Source: a virus. From it: a stretch of DNA of 64,000 nucleotides. Location of the stretch: positions 20,311 through 84,310 of the IMG/VR virus record IMGVR_UViG_3300025889_018307, one strand, 5' to 3'. This document shows positions 48,316 through 57,441 of the stretch, in pieces. Under the pieces are notes generated by a model, which was given only the letters and a program-made list of their open reading frames with translations, made no database searches and was not told the DNA's origin. A program made the position numbers and the translations under genes. Each line of letters opens with the position of its first letter. Within the stretch, counting starts at the first letter, position 1.

Positions 48316-49153
48316 AATATTATTAATAGGTTGTGGTTATTGGGGAAAAAATTGGTATAAAACCATAAAAAATTCTAAATATGATTTAGTAGGTGTTGTT
48401 GATCCTTCACCTGTTATAGACGTTGATATACCATTATTTAACAATATAAGTGATGTAAATATTGAGTATACTCATGTTATTTTAGCAGTAAATGCTAAAC
48501 TTCATAGTGAAATTGTAAAACAATTAAATATCCCACAAGAAAATATTTTAGTTGAAAAACCATGTGGAGTTAATATAAATGATGCAGAATTAATCAAGGA
48601 TTCATTCCCAGGATATATATTTTTATACTCAGATGAGTACCAATACATTAAAAAGAATTTAAACAAAATAGGAAAACCCCAATACTGGAAAAGTATTAGA
48701 GCATCAATGGGTCCTAAAGTTAGGTCTGATGTTTCTATTTTAGAAGATTATATGATTCATGATTTATACATTTACAGAGATTTATTTGGTGAATGTGAAG
48801 TATTTAATAAATATTGGAATAAAGAATTTGCTCCACCTATAAAATATAGTTCTTTACATTTAGAATTAAGGGGAAAAATTCCTGGTTATTTTTATTCTTC
48901 TTGGAATTATCCTATAAAAGAAAGAAAAATTATTATAAAGGGAGATAAAGGAAGTTTCATATGGGAAAATGATGATTTATATTATGATAGTACTCATTAT
49001 ATTAATAATGAGGTTATTGAAGGTATTTGTGAAAAAATTACAACTACTCCTAAATCAAATTTGGATCTTGAATTAGAATTTTTTATATTGGGGAGAAAAC
49101 CAAATGTGGATATTTTAGATATTTGGTCATTAATAAATGTTATAAATAAATAA
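48308..49153 (+). CDS. Gfo/Idh/MocA family sugar oxidoreductase
   Basis: IGCGYWG, VEKP, DYMIHD. Confidence 0.88.
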   Translation: MSKILLIGCGYWGKNWYKTIKNSKYDLVGVVDPSPVIDVDIPLFNNISDVNIEYTHVILAVNAKLHSEIVKQLNIPQENILVEKPCGVNINDAELIKDSFPGYIFLYSDEYQYIKKNLNKIGKPQYWKSIRASMGPKVRSDVSILEDYMIHDLYIYRDLFGECEVFNKYWNKEFAPPIKYSSLHLELRGKIPGYFYSSWNYPIKERKIIIKGDKGSFIWENDDLYYDSTHYINNEVIEGICEKITTTPKSNLDLELEFFILGRKPNVDILDIWSLINVINK

Positions 49154-49156
49154 ATT

Positions 49157-50302
49157 ATGAAAATACCATTAGGAAAACCTTATCTTAAAGAGGAAGCAGC
49201 ATTAGAAAAAATTAAAGAAGTACTAGAATCAAGATGGATCAGTGGTGGTCCTCGTATAAAAGAATTTGAAGATTGTATTCAAGAATATAATAATGATCCT
49301 GAAGGACATTATGTAGCAGTAGCTAATGGAACTGTAGCTATTGAAATGGGATTATTAGCAATTAATGGAGGTAAAAGACTAAAATCAACTGATGAAGTTA
49401 TAGTACCTTCTTGGAGTTGGGTTGCTAGTGGGTTTGCAGTTAATAATGCTGGAGGAACTCCAGTTTGGTGTGATGTAAATGAATATGGTGTTCCTTACAT
49501 AGAAGATATAAAATCTAGAATTACACCTAATACTAAAGCAATCATTTTAGTTCATCAAATGGGGATTCCTTGTGATTTAGATGCCTTTAAAGAATTAAAT
49601 ATTCCTATTATAGAAGACTCAGCATGTGCTTTAGGTAGTGAATATAAAGGAAGAAAAATAGGAAATAGTGATAACATAGTAACATATTCATTCCAAGCTA
49701 GAAAATGTTTAACAACTGGTGAAGGTGGAATGATAGTTGTAAGAGATAAAGACATAGCTGAGTGGTTAAAATCTTACAGAGCATTTGGTACTAATATCTC
49801 ACCATTAGCAAGAGATAAAGCTAAATTTTTACTTAAAGAACAATTTAATTTTATAGGTAATAATCTAAAAATGGCTGATATTCCCTGTGCATTAGGTATA
49901 TCACAAATAAGATTTTTTGATGAAGAAGTAGAATTAAGAAGTGAAGCAGGAGAATATTATAATTATTTAATCAATGAACAATTACATGATTATGGGGTTT
50001 CTATTGGTAATATTGTTCCTGACTATTGTACTAGATATAATTGGCAAAATTTTCATTTAATTTTAGATGATAAGTATAATAGAGATCAAGTTGTAGATTT
50101 ATTAAGAAAAAGAAATATAGGTTGTAAATGGGATATCCAAGCAATTCATGTTGAACCAGCTTATAATGCAAATGTAGATTTATCTCAAACTATGAAGTAT
50201 CATAATAATGGTATGTGGTTAGGATTTTATGCTGAAATAACAAGAGAAGAACAAGAATATGTTATTAATAATCTAAAAGAAGTATTAGATGAACTTAGAT
50301 AA
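49157..50302 (+). CDS. DegT/DnrJ/EryC1/StrS sugar aminotransferase
   Basis: NGTVA, IEDSACALG, SFQARKCLTTGEGG. Confidence 0.92.
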   Translation: MKIPLGKPYLKEEAALEKIKEVLESRWISGGPRIKEFEDCIQEYNNDPEGHYVAVANGTVAIEMGLLAINGGKRLKSTDEVIVPSWSWVASGFAVNNAGGTPVWCDVNEYGVPYIEDIKSRITPNTKAIILVHQMGIPCDLDAFKELNIPIIEDSACALGSEYKGRKIGNSDNIVTYSFQARKCLTTGEGGMIVVRDKDIAEWLKSYRAFGTNISPLARDKAKFLLKEQFNFIGNNLKMADIPCALGISQIRFFDEEVELRSEAGEYYNYLINEQLHDYGVSIGNIVPDYCTRYNWQNFHLILDDKYNRDQVVDLLRKRNIGCKWDIQAIHVEPAYNANVDLSQTMKYHNNGMWLGFYAEITREEQEYVINNLKEVLDELR

Positions 50303-50780
50303 ATTACAATTAGAAGTAAGTAAAATAACTGAGGATGAAAAAAATTTGTTAGGTTATTTTATAAATAACCATAATGAAATTATTATAATAGGAAATGGAG
50401 GTAGCAATTCTATTGCATCACATATATCTCAAGATTATACTAAAGTTTTAGATAAAAAATCATATAGCTTTTCTGATCCTTCAAGATTAACTTGTTATAT
50501 AAATGATTATGGTAGAGATAATGCTTATGCAGAATTTTTAGATGATTTTGCTGGTAAAGATACACTAGTTATTTTAATTTCTTCATCAGGAAATTCTATG
50601 AATATAATTAATGCAGCTAAGTATTGTGAAGATAATGGTATTGTGTATTTAGCTTTAACTGGTTTTGATAAAGATAATAAATTAAATAATATGAATCCTG
50701 TATGGAGATGGCATGTTGATTCAGATGATTATGGTATAGTAGAATGTGTTCATCAAATAATATTACACTCAATATTATAA
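50289..50780 (+). CDS. gmhA: Phosphoheptose isomerase (SIS domain)
   Basis: GNGGS..ASH, NDYG, ISSSGNS, ECVHQIILH. Confidence 0.85.
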   Translation: MNLDKLQLEVSKITEDEKNLLGYFINNHNEIIIIGNGGSNSIASHISQDYTKVLDKKSYSFSDPSRLTCYINDYGRDNAYAEFLDDFAGKDTLVILISSSGNSMNIINAAKYCEDNGIVYLALTGFDKDNKLNNMNPVWRWHVDSDDYGIVECVHQIILHSIL

Positions 50781-51196
50781 TGGAAAAAATATATTCAAAA
50801 ATAGATGGTAGACTATTACATATTGTAAATAGATTATCTGAAATTGAAGGTAGAACTGAAATTATACCAGAAGATAATTTTATTCAATGTGCTACTTTGG
50901 AAATGGAAAATGGAAAAACATTTCCACCCCATAAACATATAACTAAAGATAGACATTATCCTGAACAAATAGCTCAAGAATCGTGGGTAATAATTAAAGG
51001 AAAAGTAAAATGTAAATTTTATGATATTGATGATACACTAATCGCAGAACCTATATTAGAACCAGGTGATGCTAGTTTTACCTTATATGGGGGTCATACT
51101 TATGAAATATTAGAAGATAATACTATTGTGTATGAATACAAAACAGGTCCATATGAAGGACAAAAACTAGATAAAACATTTATCAATGAAAAGTAA
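50780..51196 (+). CDS. WbuC-like cupin
   Basis: PHKH, QESW, GGHTY, EYKTGPY. Confidence 0.75.
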   Translation: MEKIYSKIDGRLLHIVNRLSEIEGRTEIIPEDNFIQCATLEMENGKTFPPHKHITKDRHYPEQIAQESWVIIKGKVKCKFYDIDDTLIAEPILEPGDASFTLYGGHTYEILEDNTIVYEYKTGPYEGQKLDKTFINEK

Positions 51197-52136
51197 AAAA
51201 GTAGTATTTTCTTTAAAACATAGACATCACAAAAATTTAAATGATTATAGCTCAGCTATAATTTATTGGTATGGGGTTTTAGATAGATTAGGATATGAAG
51301 TATTATATTATGATTATGATGAATATAATATTGATGATTTATATAATACTATAAAAGAATTTGATGCTGATTTTTTTATTCATACTAATTATTTGGTGGG
51401 GGTCCATAAAGAATTTAATAAAATAAGAGAATTATGTAAAGTATTCCTTTTATCAAGTGATGCTTATAGATTCCATGATTCTCATCTAAAACATTGGATA
51501 CCTTTTGTTGATGGGATTATTACGTTTGAAGGGGTAAAAGAATGGTATTTAAGAGATGGTTTACCTGAAGAAGGATTTTTAAAAATGAAGTGGGGATTTA
51601 ACCCTAACACTATGTGTACTGAAGATGTTAATAATAAATCTATTAATATTCATCATTATGGGGGATTACATGGAGGAAGAGATTATAAAATTTCTCAATT
51701 TAATCAATTAGGTTGCAAAATTCATCAGGAAGATTTTATAACACATGATGAAATGAAAAAAAACCTAGCTAAATCAAAATATTCATTGTGTTTTAGTTCT
51801 AATGCTATTGGAACTAGAAATGAGTTAAAAGGTAGAGTAATAGAAATTCCTTCACAAGCAGTTTTACTAACCGAACCCGCACCTGAATTAGATACTTATT
51901 TTGATGAAGATGAAATTATTATATTTAATAGTGTAGAAGAAGCTGCAGATAAAATAAATTCTATTACAGATAAGGAATATAATAATATTTTAAGAAAAGG
52001 ACAAAAAGCATTATGGAATAGGAATACTGTATATCATGAATGGAATAAAATTTTACCACTAATGGATCCAGATTATAAACCTATAGATCCAATAGATATA
52101 ATTAAAAAATACCACAATGAGTACTATAAAGTTTAG
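51186..52136 (+). CDS. Glycosyltransferase (CgeB-like GT-B)
   Basis: KGRVIEIP, LLTE, YFDEDEII motifs. Confidence 0.7.
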   Translation: MKSKKVVFSLKHRHHKNLNDYSSAIIYWYGVLDRLGYEVLYYDYDEYNIDDLYNTIKEFDADFFIHTNYLVGVHKEFNKIRELCKVFLLSSDAYRFHDSHLKHWIPFVDGIITFEGVKEWYLRDGLPEEGFLKMKWGFNPNTMCTEDVNNKSINIHHYGGLHGGRDYKISQFNQLGCKIHQEDFITHDEMKKNLAKSKYSLCFSSNAIGTRNELKGRVIEIPSQAVLLTEPAPELDTYFDEDEIIIFNSVEEAADKINSITDKEYNNILRKGQKALWNRNTVYHEWNKILPLMDPDYKPIDPIDIIKKYHNEYYKV

Positions 52137-52539
52137 ACCTGTAGAGGAAAAAGATTGGAAAGATGTTTATTATCTTTTAAATCAACTAACAGAATTATTA
52201 GGAACGATTAGAGATAAAAAAGTATGTTGGAATAGATTTATATCAAATAATTCTAATAATGCTATTGTAGGTTTACATAATGATCAAATTATTGCTTATG
52301 GAAGTATAGTTATAGAAAATAAAATAAGAGGAGAACTAGCAGGTCATATAGAAGATATAGTTGTAGATAAAAAATTTAGAGGAAAAAATATTGGTGTAAA
52401 ACTTATTAAAGAATTAGTAAAAATTGGTTATAGTAAAGAATGTTATAGAATAACATTAACTTGTGATCAATCATTAATTAATTTTTATTATAAAAATGGT
52501 TTTAAAGTTAATAACATTGCAATGAAAAAACACTTATAA
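52117..52539 (+). CDS. GNAT, glucosamine-6-phosphate N-acetyltransferase-like
   Basis: GHIEDIVVD..RGKNIG, CYRITL, FY.K.GF. Confidence 0.85.
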   Translation: MSTIKFRPVEEKDWKDVYYLLNQLTELLGTIRDKKVCWNRFISNNSNNAIVGLHNDQIIAYGSIVIENKIRGELAGHIEDIVVDKKFRGKNIGVKLIKELVKIGYSKECYRITLTCDQSLINFYYKNGFKVNNIAMKKHL

Positions 52540-53384
52540 TGAATTACGGAAGAATACATTTTGAAGGAACTCCTAGTGCTGGGTTTTTTAGTAATTATTT
52601 TGGTGTAATGTCTACTATGTTAGATTTACATCATAATCATAAATTATTCCCCTATGTAGATAATTCGAATACTTGGTGGAATCCAACATTTAATTTTGAA
52701 ACCTTAACAGCAGAAGATTTAAATATTAATCCTTGGGATTGGTGGTTTCAACAAGATAAACCTCTTAATATTAAAGAATGTCCTAATATAAAAGTTAATT
52801 ATAGTAATATTTCTCATGTACCCAATCAATTCCATCAAAACCCATCATTACCCTATGCTAGAGAAATGGATTTAAAATATTGTAAATTACAATCTCATAT
52901 TACACTTGAAATAAATACATTATTTGAAAGATATTTTGCAAATAAAAATATTTTAGGGGTTATGGCACGAGGTACTGAAATGTTAAAATTCCATAAAGAG
53001 TATCCAAAAGTAAATTCTAATGTGTGGGGGCATATTATCAAAGATTTTTTAAATGACCATCCTGATATTGATAATATATTTTTAGTTACAGATGATAATG
53101 AAATATTAAGTAATATTTTAAAACATCATCCTCAAACTATTTATTTAAAAGATTTTTTTAGAAAAACAACCCAAACAAATGAGGAAATTAATAATAAATA
53201 TAAACCTTGGTGGTTAACATCTCCATCTAATGATCCTAACCACAGAAAAAGATTAGGTGAAGAATGTATAATTCAAGCAAAACTTCTTTCTAAATGTCAG
53301 TCTCTTTTAGGAACATATTCAGGGTTTACTAATGCCGCTCAATTTTTTAACCATAGTGGATTTAAAAGTTTTTATCTTATATAA
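52539..53384 (+). CDS. Fucosyltransferase-like (NodZ-type) glycosyltransferase
   Basis: AGFFS, GVMARGTE, IFLVTD, LLSKC...SGF. Confidence 0.7.
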   Translation: MNYGRIHFEGTPSAGFFSNYFGVMSTMLDLHHNHKLFPYVDNSNTWWNPTFNFETLTAEDLNINPWDWWFQQDKPLNIKECPNIKVNYSNISHVPNQFHQNPSLPYAREMDLKYCKLQSHITLEINTLFERYFANKNILGVMARGTEMLKFHKEYPKVNSNVWGHIIKDFLNDHPDIDNIFLVTDDNEILSNILKHHPQTIYLKDFFRKTTQTNEEINNKYKPWWLTSPSNDPNHRKRLGEECIIQAKLLSKCQSLLGTYSGFTNAAQFFNHSGFKSFYLI

Positions 53385-54016
53385 TGAGTTTTGAGAGTAT
53401 AAAAATATTTGAAAATAAAATAGCTGAATTTTTTGGTGCACCATATGCTGTGGCAGTAGATTGTTGCACTCATGGAATTGAATTATGTTTAAGATATAAT
53501 AATATTAGTTATATAAACTGTCCTACAAGAACATATATTTCAGTTCCTTTTTTATCAGAAAAATTAGGTATACAATTATTTTGGAGAGATGAAGAATGGA
53601 AAGATTATTACTATCTAACTAAAGATCTTACACCAGTAATAGATGCTGCTGTGTTATGGAAAAAAAATAGTTATATACCTGGAACTTTTATGTGTTTGAG
53701 TTTTCAATTTAAAAAACACTTGGCTTTGGGAAGAGGAGGTTGTATATTAACAGATAATAAAGAAGCAGCATTAGAATTAAAAAAGATGTCTTATGATGGA
53801 AGACACCCAGATATACCTTGGAGAGAACAAGATATAGAAACTATGGGGTATCATTACTATATGACACCTGAAACTGCTGAGTTAGGTTTAAAAAAGTTAC
53901 CTGATGCAATTGAAAAGAAACCAACACAATGGACAATTAATGATTGGCCTGATGTATCAAAAATGAAAGTTTTTAATAAAACAGAGGAAATAGATCCTTA
54001 TTTACAAACAAAATAA
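53384..54016 (+). CDS. Short DegT-type PLP aminotransferase
   Basis: FENKIAEF.GAPYAVAVD, IDAA, SFQFKKHL..GRGG. Confidence 0.75.
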   Translation: MSFESIKIFENKIAEFFGAPYAVAVDCCTHGIELCLRYNNISYINCPTRTYISVPFLSEKLGIQLFWRDEEWKDYYYLTKDLTPVIDAAVLWKKNSYIPGTFMCLSFQFKKHLALGRGGCILTDNKEAALELKKMSYDGRHPDIPWREQDIETMGYHYYMTPETAELGLKKLPDAIEKKPTQWTINDWPDVSKMKVFNKTEEIDPYLQTK

Positions 54017-54019
54017 AAA

Positions 54020-55009
54020 ATGAAAAAAGCATTTATTACAGGAATTAATGGGCAAGATGGTAGTTATTTAGCTGAATATCTATTAGAATTAGGATATGAA
54101 GTACATGGTACTGTTAGAAGAAATTCAACCCCTGAAAATCAAGATACAAGAATAGAAAAAATACATAATCAAATTAATACTTATTATGCTGATTTATTAG
54201 ACCAAGGTAGTATTGAAAGATTATTGGATAAAATCCAACCAGATGAAATCTATAATATAGCTGCCCAATCCCATGTTAGGATTAGTTTTGATATACCTCA
54301 ATTTACAGTACAAACAAATTCATTAGGTGTTCTTAATATATTAGAAGCATATAGAAGAGCTTGTCCTAAAGCTAAATTCTACCAAGCAAGTTCTTCTGAA
54401 ATGTTTGGTTTATCTGTTGAAGAGGATAATTTTCAAAGAGAAACTACTGTAATGAACCCAGTATCACCTTATGGGTGTTCTAAGGTATTTGGTTATAATA
54501 TTGTAAGAAACTATAGACGTGCTTATGGATTACATGCTACTAATGGTATATTATTTAACCACGAATCACCTAGAAGAGGATCTAACTTTGTAACTAATAA
54601 GGTAGTAAAAGCAGCAGTAAAGATAAAACTAGGCTTACAGGATAAATTAGAATTAGGTAATATGGACTCTTATAGAGATTGGGGCCATTCATATGATTAT
54701 GTAAGAGCAATGCATTTAATGATGCAACATGATAAGCCTGGAGATTGGGTAGTTTCCACTATGGAAACTCATTCAGTAAGAGAAATGTGTGAATTAGTAT
54801 TTAATCATTTAGGTTTAAATTATAAAGATTATGTAGTACAAAATCCTAAGTTTTTAAGACCTGAAGAATTACCTTATCTAAAAGGAGACTCAACAAAAAT
54901 TAGAACTGAATTAGGTTGGAAACCAACATATACTTTTAAATCAATGATGGAAGAAATGGTTGATTATTGGTTAGATTATTTTACATTATATAAAAAATCT
55001 AATAAATGA
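54020..55009 (+). CDS. gmd: GDP-mannose 4,6-dehydratase
   Basis: ITGINGQDGSYLAE, AAQSHV, QASSSE, PYGCSK, NHESPRRG. Confidence 0.96.
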   Translation: MKKAFITGINGQDGSYLAEYLLELGYEVHGTVRRNSTPENQDTRIEKIHNQINTYYADLLDQGSIERLLDKIQPDEIYNIAAQSHVRISFDIPQFTVQTNSLGVLNILEAYRRACPKAKFYQASSSEMFGLSVEEDNFQRETTVMNPVSPYGCSKVFGYNIVRNYRRAYGLHATNGILFNHESPRRGSNFVTNKVVKAAVKIKLGLQDKLELGNMDSYRDWGHSYDYVRAMHLMMQHDKPGDWVVSTMETHSVREMCELVFNHLGLNYKDYVVQNPKFLRPEELPYLKGDSTKIRTELGWKPTYTFKSMMEEMVDYWLDYFTLYKKSNK

Positions 55010-55899
55010 AAATAGCATTTTTTACTGAAGGACAATACCAGGGTAAAGTTACTAGAAATAACCCTAATATGAGAACAGATTTAGCATGGATATGTTCTTT
55101 AGAAGCAGATCATTGGAATATAAATCAACCCCCAAATCAACAATATGATTTAGGAATCGTTATTATACCAAAGAAAAACCCACAATTTGATTTAAATAAA
55201 ATAAAACAATATTGTAATAAAGTAGCTGTAATGCAAGAGGGTCCTAATTGGTATTGGCAAGATTATCCACTACAACAACAAATATGGTATTATAATACTA
55301 TACAAGAAGCTGACTTTATGTTTGTTCATAATACATCAGATAAAAGATATTACGAGGGTTTAACAGGCAAGGAATGTAAAATTTTATCTAGTCTAATGAT
55401 TGAAGACTCAATTAAAGATTTACCCCAGGTAGAAAGAAAAGATATTATTATAGGAGGTAATTTTTGTAGTTGGTATGGTGGATTTGATTCTTATATAGTT
55501 GCTCAAGAAGCAGATTGTCCTATTTATATTCCTAGTATGGGAAGAAAAATCGAAGGTGAAGAACAAATGCCTAATTTAAATCATTTACCATATATGAATT
55601 GGGTAGAATGGATTAAAACACTTAATAATTTTAAGTATGGTGTTCATTTAATGCGTACACACGCTGCGGGTACATTCGCTTTAAATTGCGCTTACTTAGG
55701 TATACCTTGTATTGGTTATGAAGGATTAGACACACAAGAAATATGCCACCCTTACTTAACAGTTAAGTTGGGAGATTTGGCTACCGCGAAAGAAAAACTT
55801 ATACGACTTAAGTCAGATAAACAATGGTATGATAAATGTTCTATAACAGCTAAAGAACAGTATCAAAAACATTATCACGAAAGTAAATTTAAAATATGA
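55006..55899 (+). CDS. Glycosyltransferase-like (GT-B) protein
   Basis: AAGTFALNCAYLGIPCIG resembles the GT-B C-terminal motif; glycan context. Confidence 0.6.
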   Translation: MKIAFFTEGQYQGKVTRNNPNMRTDLAWICSLEADHWNINQPPNQQYDLGIVIIPKKNPQFDLNKIKQYCNKVAVMQEGPNWYWQDYPLQQQIWYYNTIQEADFMFVHNTSDKRYYEGLTGKECKILSSLMIEDSIKDLPQVERKDIIIGGNFCSWYGGFDSYIVAQEADCPIYIPSMGRKIEGEEQMPNLNHLPYMNWVEWIKTLNNFKYGVHLMRTHAAGTFALNCAYLGIPCIGYEGLDTQEICHPYLTVKLGDLATAKEKLIRLKSDKQWYDKCSITAKEQYQKHYHESKFKI

Positions 55900-57086
55900 A
55901 AATATCTTTAATACAACCAGGTAGAAATAATCTTAAGTACCTAAAATGGTCTTACGATTCAATTAGAAAAAATCAAGGTAACCACGAAGTAGAAATTTGC
56001 GTAGCAGACGATGCTAGTACAGATAGTACATGGGATTGGTGTTTAGAAATGATGGATAAAGATCCATTATTTAAGGCTTTAAAATGGGATGGACCCGAAA
56101 GAGTAGGACATACAATACTATATGACAGACTAGTTAACGAAGTAGCTACAAATGACATTTGTATGATATATCATGCAGACATGTATTTATGTCCTGGTGC
56201 CTTAGATGCCATTGAGGATGAGCTTAAAGAAAAAACAATTGTATCTTTAACTCGTATTGAACCACCTTTACACCCTGATGGTCCAGAAAAAATATTAAAA
56301 GATTTTGGTGTTGAACCCGAAGAATTTAAAGAACAAGAATTACTTGAATTTTTAGATTCTAGAGTCCCAAATGATGATATCACAGAAGGTATATTTGCAC
56401 CTTGGGCATTTTGGAAATCGGATTTTCAAGAAATAGGGGGACATGATCCTCTATACGCCCCTCAAAGTAAAGAAGATAGTGATATATTTAATCGTTTCCA
56501 ACTAAATGGAATTAAATTTATACAAACTTGGCATGGTTGTGTTTATCATATGACTTGTAGAGGTAGTAGAAGAAATACAGTTGATAAAGCTAAAAATATA
56601 TATGAAGATTCACCTGAATGGTTAGCACAAAACATGAGATCAACTCGTAATTTTATTCGTAAGTGGGGTCATTTTGTTAAACACGATGCTTTAATGAAAC
56701 CTATAATACCTTCTAAATATAATATAGGAATTATTTTATCTCAAAATGATCCAAAATTATTAAAAGAATTAGAACCCTGGTGTAGTAATATCTATTGTGA
56801 TAATGAATTAAGAAAACATTATATAGAATTAGAACAAAAAGATACAATTATGAATTTATCTGAAAGAGTATTACCCTTTAGTAATGAAAAAAATAATGAA
56901 ATTTTAGTTACTATAGGTAATGTATATTCACAACAAGATATAAACTATATATCTCAGCTCCCAGAAATATTAGATGCAGATAATGAATTAAGAGAAGAGG
57001 AATTTCCATGTAAATTTAAATTAGGTAATTTAGAAATAGAAATATTTAATTTAAATACTTTTGAATATGATTTAATTAATTTATAA
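55896..57086 (+). CDS. Glycosyltransferase family 2
   Basis: ISLIQP.RN, DDASTD, HADM, GGHD, EDSD. Confidence 0.88.
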   Translation: MKISLIQPGRNNLKYLKWSYDSIRKNQGNHEVEICVADDASTDSTWDWCLEMMDKDPLFKALKWDGPERVGHTILYDRLVNEVATNDICMIYHADMYLCPGALDAIEDELKEKTIVSLTRIEPPLHPDGPEKILKDFGVEPEEFKEQELLEFLDSRVPNDDITEGIFAPWAFWKSDFQEIGGHDPLYAPQSKEDSDIFNRFQLNGIKFIQTWHGCVYHMTCRGSRRNTVDKAKNIYEDSPEWLAQNMRSTRNFIRKWGHFVKHDALMKPIIPSKYNIGIILSQNDPKLLKELEPWCSNIYCDNELRKHYIELEQKDTIMNLSERVLPFSNEKNNEILVTIGNVYSQQDINYISQLPEILDADNELREEEFPCKFKLGNLEIEIFNLNTFEYDLINL

Positions 57087-57120
57087 TATTTATAATCATC
57101 AACCCTCAAAATTTATTATT

Positions 57121-57441
57121 ATGGAAAAAGAAACGAAAAAAAGAAAGTTAACTGAAATTCAAATATCTTATAGTAATAAAAGGGAATTAAAAGAACTATC
57201 AAACGAAGAGGAATTTCGTAATATCATAATGAAAGATTCTTTTAAAGCTATCAAAGAAGCAATTAAAAAAAACTGGCAAACAGTAGAACTATTTAATATA
57301 GTAAATTTATCAGTAATAATTAAAATATCTTCATTATATTATCCTTCAGCATTAAGAAAAATTAGTAAATATTTTGAAGAAAATGAAGAATATGAAAAGT
57401 GTGCTGAAATAAAACAAATAATAAATAAATTAAAACAATGA
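57121..57441 (+). CDS. Hypothetical protein with UVR-like EEYEKCA motif
   Basis: C-terminal FEENEEYEKCAEIK; preceded by ATATTTATA at 57086. Confidence 0.6.
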   Translation: MEKETKKRKLTEIQISYSNKRELKELSNEEEFRNIIMKDSFKAIKEAIKKNWQTVELFNIVNLSVIIKISSLYYPSALRKISKYFEENEEYEKCAEIKQIINKLKQ

